A DNA stretch of 64,000 bases from Convolutriloba macropyga (lineage: Eukaryota): contig NC_134475.1 of NCBI RefSeq assembly GCF_964194025.1, positions 19,096,001-19,160,000 on the forward strand. The letters are read 5' to 3'. Made by a program: the position numbers and the translations under genes. This document shows positions 61,534-64,000 of the stretch, piece by piece (within the stretch, counting starts at the first letter, position 1; the number at the start of each line of letters is the position of its first letter). The notes under the pieces were generated by a model, which made no database searches, had not been told where the DNA came from, and saw nothing but the letters and a program-made list of their open reading frames with translations.

Positions 61534-61774
61534 AAATCAGTTAACGGTTACTCTTATCAAGGAAGAAAAAATTGACACAAGAGGCCAAACAGTTTTGAGA
61601 AAACAGCAGATTGTGTGTGCTGGTGCTGAAATAGAAGCTTTCAAGAAGTATCTTTCTCTACTGGAGTACTTTCAATTGTACCATGTCTTTACAAGAGAAA
61701 ATGAAAAGGTTGAAACTAACCCCTTTACCTACGCCCAAGCGTGCAGTACCAGTTCTGATGTCTCTGGACGATGA
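61445..61774 (+). CDS. Hypothetical Maverick protein
   Basis: 109-aa ORF overlapping its neighbours in the viral-style cluster. Confidence 0.4.
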   Translation: MNRRLEKPAPSLLQVNLSPNLTVYSCITPENQLTVTLIKEEKIDTRGQTVLRKQQIVCAGAEIEAFKKYLSLLEYFQLYHVFTRENEKVETNPFTYAQACSTSSDVSGR

Positions 61775-61937
61775 GACTCTTCCCGATGACATCAAGCAGC
61801 TGATTAAAGAGAACAATGTAGAGTCAATTGTTTTTAGAGATAAACAAGATTCGATGAATGCAAACTATACAATCACTTACAAACAAGGAGACGAAGACTC
61901 TGGATATGTTTCTTATGAATTTTTTATAGTTAAATAA
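61683..61937 (+). CDS. Hypothetical Maverick protein
   Basis: 84-aa ATG ORF in the cluster. Confidence 0.45.
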   Translation: MSLQEKMKRLKLTPLPTPKRAVPVLMSLDDETLPDDIKQLIKENNVESIVFRDKQDSMNANYTITYKQGDEDSGYVSYEFFIVK

Positions 61938-61991
61938 TTATGTAAAAATTCCTGGAAAGCAATTCATTTTTTTGAACAATTTTATTTCACA

Positions 61992-62267
61992 ATGAGTCAA
62001 ACCGAAGATCAATTAGATTCGGGTGGAGGCATAACTGACTTGGTTTTTGACGCCGAGCACCAAGAAAGACAATCTTGGAGGTTTTGCAATTCGAGATTGC
62101 CTCGATCAGAGGTTGTATACTTTACACAAATCATTATAATAATTTTTCTTATAACTGTATCTCTCACCAAGTTGGTTTTTTTCAGTCTTGACTGTGAAGA
62201 ATCCACATTTTGGTTTTCACTTCTTTCTTGTACAGTTGGATACGCTCTTCCAAATCCAAAGTTATGA
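61992..62267 (+). CDS. Small two-TM membrane protein of Maverick type
   Basis: SEVVYFTQIIIIIFLITVSL...WFSLLSCTVGYALPNPKL; its stop overlaps the ATPase ATG (ATGA). Confidence 0.65.
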   Translation: MSQTEDQLDSGGGITDLVFDAEHQERQSWRFCNSRLPRSEVVYFTQIIIIIFLITVSLTKLVFFSLDCEESTFWFSLLSCTVGYALPNPKL

Positions 62268-62995
62268 ATAAAGTTATTTCTACCAATGACCGGTTGTTCA
62301 TGGCTGTTTGCGGGCCGTCTTGCTGCGGAAAAACTGAGCTCATTTTCAAAATGTTATTAGTTGGCACATTTTTCCCAGAGTTTCAAACAATTTATTATTT
62401 TTATCAGCATGATCAGCCAAAATTCCAATCGTTAGAGAAGAAACTGAACATACATTTTAAAAAATTCTCCAATTTTGAGCTCATTTCAGAGTTAGAGAAC
62501 TGCCTTCTTGTGTTCGATGATTCATGTGAAGAAATTTTTAATGACAAAGAATTTTCCAAATTAGCAACCGCAGGGCGACATAGAAACATCAGTGTAATTT
62601 ATGTTAAACACAATTTGTTCCAGCAAAGCAGATGGTCCAGAACAATTGATCTAAACACAACACATATCATATTGTTCAAATCACCCCGTGACACACAACA
62701 GATTAGTTTTATTGGTCGACAGTTGAATAATGCACAATTTTTAAAAGAAAGCTATGAGCTCGCAACCAAAGAACCGTTTGGTCATTTATTAGTTGATTTG
62801 GATCCAAAAACATCAGACGTCTTGCGCTACTGTTCAAATATTGTTCCTCCAGGACCATCAATTTTTTATCTGCCATCAGCTAAAGCCGTTATCACAAATT
62901 TGAGCGATGAGAGAGAAAGAAGTTTGTATGCTGGGGCGGCTGCTAGACATATCGGATACAAAACTAAAAGAGAAGATCGAGAGAGCTCCAAATAA
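62264..62995 (+). CDS. A32/FtsK-like genome packaging ATPase
   Basis: Walker A GPSCCGKT, Walker B LLVFDD, Arg-finger motif AGRHRNISVIYVKHNLF, and TIDLNTTHIILFKSPRD. Confidence 0.9.
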   Translation: MNKVISTNDRLFMAVCGPSCCGKTELIFKMLLVGTFFPEFQTIYYFYQHDQPKFQSLEKKLNIHFKKFSNFELISELENCLLVFDDSCEEIFNDKEFSKLATAGRHRNISVIYVKHNLFQQSRWSRTIDLNTTHIILFKSPRDTQQISFIGRQLNNAQFLKESYELATKEPFGHLLVDLDPKTSDVLRYCSNIVPPGPSIFYLPSAKAVITNLSDERERSLYAGAAARHIGYKTKREDRESSK

Positions 62996-63206
62996 ATTCA
63001 TTAAATTCCTTTGCGAATGTTTGCTCAACATTGTCAATGGTAATGTGCCAATAAGAAAAAGTGTTGTAGAAGGTTATGAAAAATCATTCAGAAAGCTATT
63101 GTCTAGACAAACAAGTTTGAAAGAAAAGAGGCAGATTTTTGCTAGAGAAACAGATTTGGTCAAAATTGTTGGTTTCGCTTGTTATCGATATTTGACAAAA
63201 TCATAA
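62928..63206 (+). CDS. Small basic Maverick protein adjacent to the ATPase
   Basis: IKFLCECLLNIVNGNVP motif and KEKRQIF, typical of the small ORF next to Maverick ATPases. Start uncertain. Confidence 0.65.
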   Translation: MLGRLLDISDTKLKEKIERAPNKFIKFLCECLLNIVNGNVPIRKSVVEGYEKSFRKLLSRQTSLKEKRQIFARETDLVKIVGFACYRYLTKS

Positions 63207-63958
63207 TGCGCACCGAAGAATTCATTTTAATTCCAAAACGAATGTTTGCTTCACATCAACCGGTAAAAAAAGAAGTTTTGGACAATCCCCTTTATAAACA
63301 GAAAGCTGCACAGCTGTCTCTTTTGCAAAGAAACCAGTCCAACTCAATGGAAAAACCAGAGAAAGCATTTGAACCAGTTGAGACTGCAAACAAACTGATG
63401 ATTGAAACAGCAGAAGAGGAGAAAACAGAACCCATGAGCGAAGACAGCGAGATTGAACCGGTAGTGAAAAAACAAAGAAAAAGCGACGATTTCACCTCTA
63501 TAATGATAGAGCTAGAAGTTATGAATAAAAACCAAATCAAAAGATCAAAAATCATACTTGACTTGATTAACCAATCTGAAACAGTCACCATAGAGTCGAA
63601 CGACGTTCTTCACGTTAATAAAGAAACACTGGGCATCAAAGCTTCAACATTTCTGTACAATCTACAGCAACCAACTAAAAAAATTGACATTGAAAAATAC
63701 TCAAAAATTTTATTTGCTCTTAATATCTCACCTCATCTTGTTGCAAATACACATGCCAAGCAAATCTTGGAAGCCTCGTCTGAAAGTGAACAAGAATTTT
63801 TCCCAAGTAGAGAACAACCCAGTCAACAAGAGTTCTCCTCTACTGGAGAACGACTCAGTGGCTCAAAACCAACCCGAAAAAAATATAAAGAAGAAACGGA
63901 CCAAACGCCAGACAAAGAAGAGACCAGTCAAGATGTGGTCTTTCTTTTCCTGAAGTAA
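63206..63958 (+). CDS. Hypothetical Maverick protein (~250 aa)
   Basis: ATG coupled to the upstream stop (TAATG); intact ORF. Confidence 0.6.
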   Translation: MRTEEFILIPKRMFASHQPVKKEVLDNPLYKQKAAQLSLLQRNQSNSMEKPEKAFEPVETANKLMIETAEEEKTEPMSEDSEIEPVVKKQRKSDDFTSIMIELEVMNKNQIKRSKIILDLINQSETVTIESNDVLHVNKETLGIKASTFLYNLQQPTKKIDIEKYSKILFALNISPHLVANTHAKQILEASSESEQEFFPSREQPSQQEFSSTGERLSGSKPTRKKYKEETDQTPDKEETSQDVVFLFLK

Positions 63959-63963
63959 AAAAA

Positions 63964-64000
63964 ATGGATCAGTTGTATTTAAAAGAACCAGCTTCGTATG
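63964..64000 (+). CDS. Probable start of the Maverick retroviral-type integrase (truncated by window end)
   Basis: MDQLYLKEPASY resembles the LY...PASyG N-terminus of Maverick integrases; only 12 codons are visible. Confidence 0.45.
   Translation, partial: MDQLYLKEPASY

Larger units (their letters stand above)
60221..64000 (+). mobile_element. Left part of a Maverick/Polinton (adintovirus-like) endogenous DNA virus
   Basis: Begins AGTAGTATATAATACC exactly where homology to copy 1 stops (GTGGTC|); dense overlapping intronless ORFs including a packaging ATPase; runs off the window. Confidence 0.9.

Overview
AT-rich eukaryotic (probably invertebrate animal) genomic DNA with one 200-N scaffold gap (44636-44835). 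Host genes: a head-to-head pair, a TIR+HEAT-repeat gene (-) and a mitochondrial aspartyl-tRNA synthetase (+), is present twice (about 1.2-7.0 kb and 54.6-59.8 kb). A two-exon Mediator subunit MED29-like gene has an 18-kb intron. That intron holds the main discovery candidate: a 16.6-kb decayed Ty3/Gypsy-type LTR element with gag, pol and a class I fusion env. It also carries two chromatin/ADP-ribose cargoes: a TARG1/OARD1-like macrodomain that appears to continue the integrase C-terminus, and an antisense, intron-containing JmjC dioxygenase gene. The IN-tail/macro/JmjC block is tandemly duplicated (about 3.6 kb). Other content: several Helentron-type non-autonomous elements (one carrying a tRNA-Pro-like Pol III unit), decayed LINE fragments, a 538-bp satellite with a 3-mer higher-order repeat, and the left end of an apparently intact Maverick/Polinton (adintovirus-like) element whose empty site is visible in the paralogous copy. 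All calls rest on motif recognition by eye; no database searches were run.
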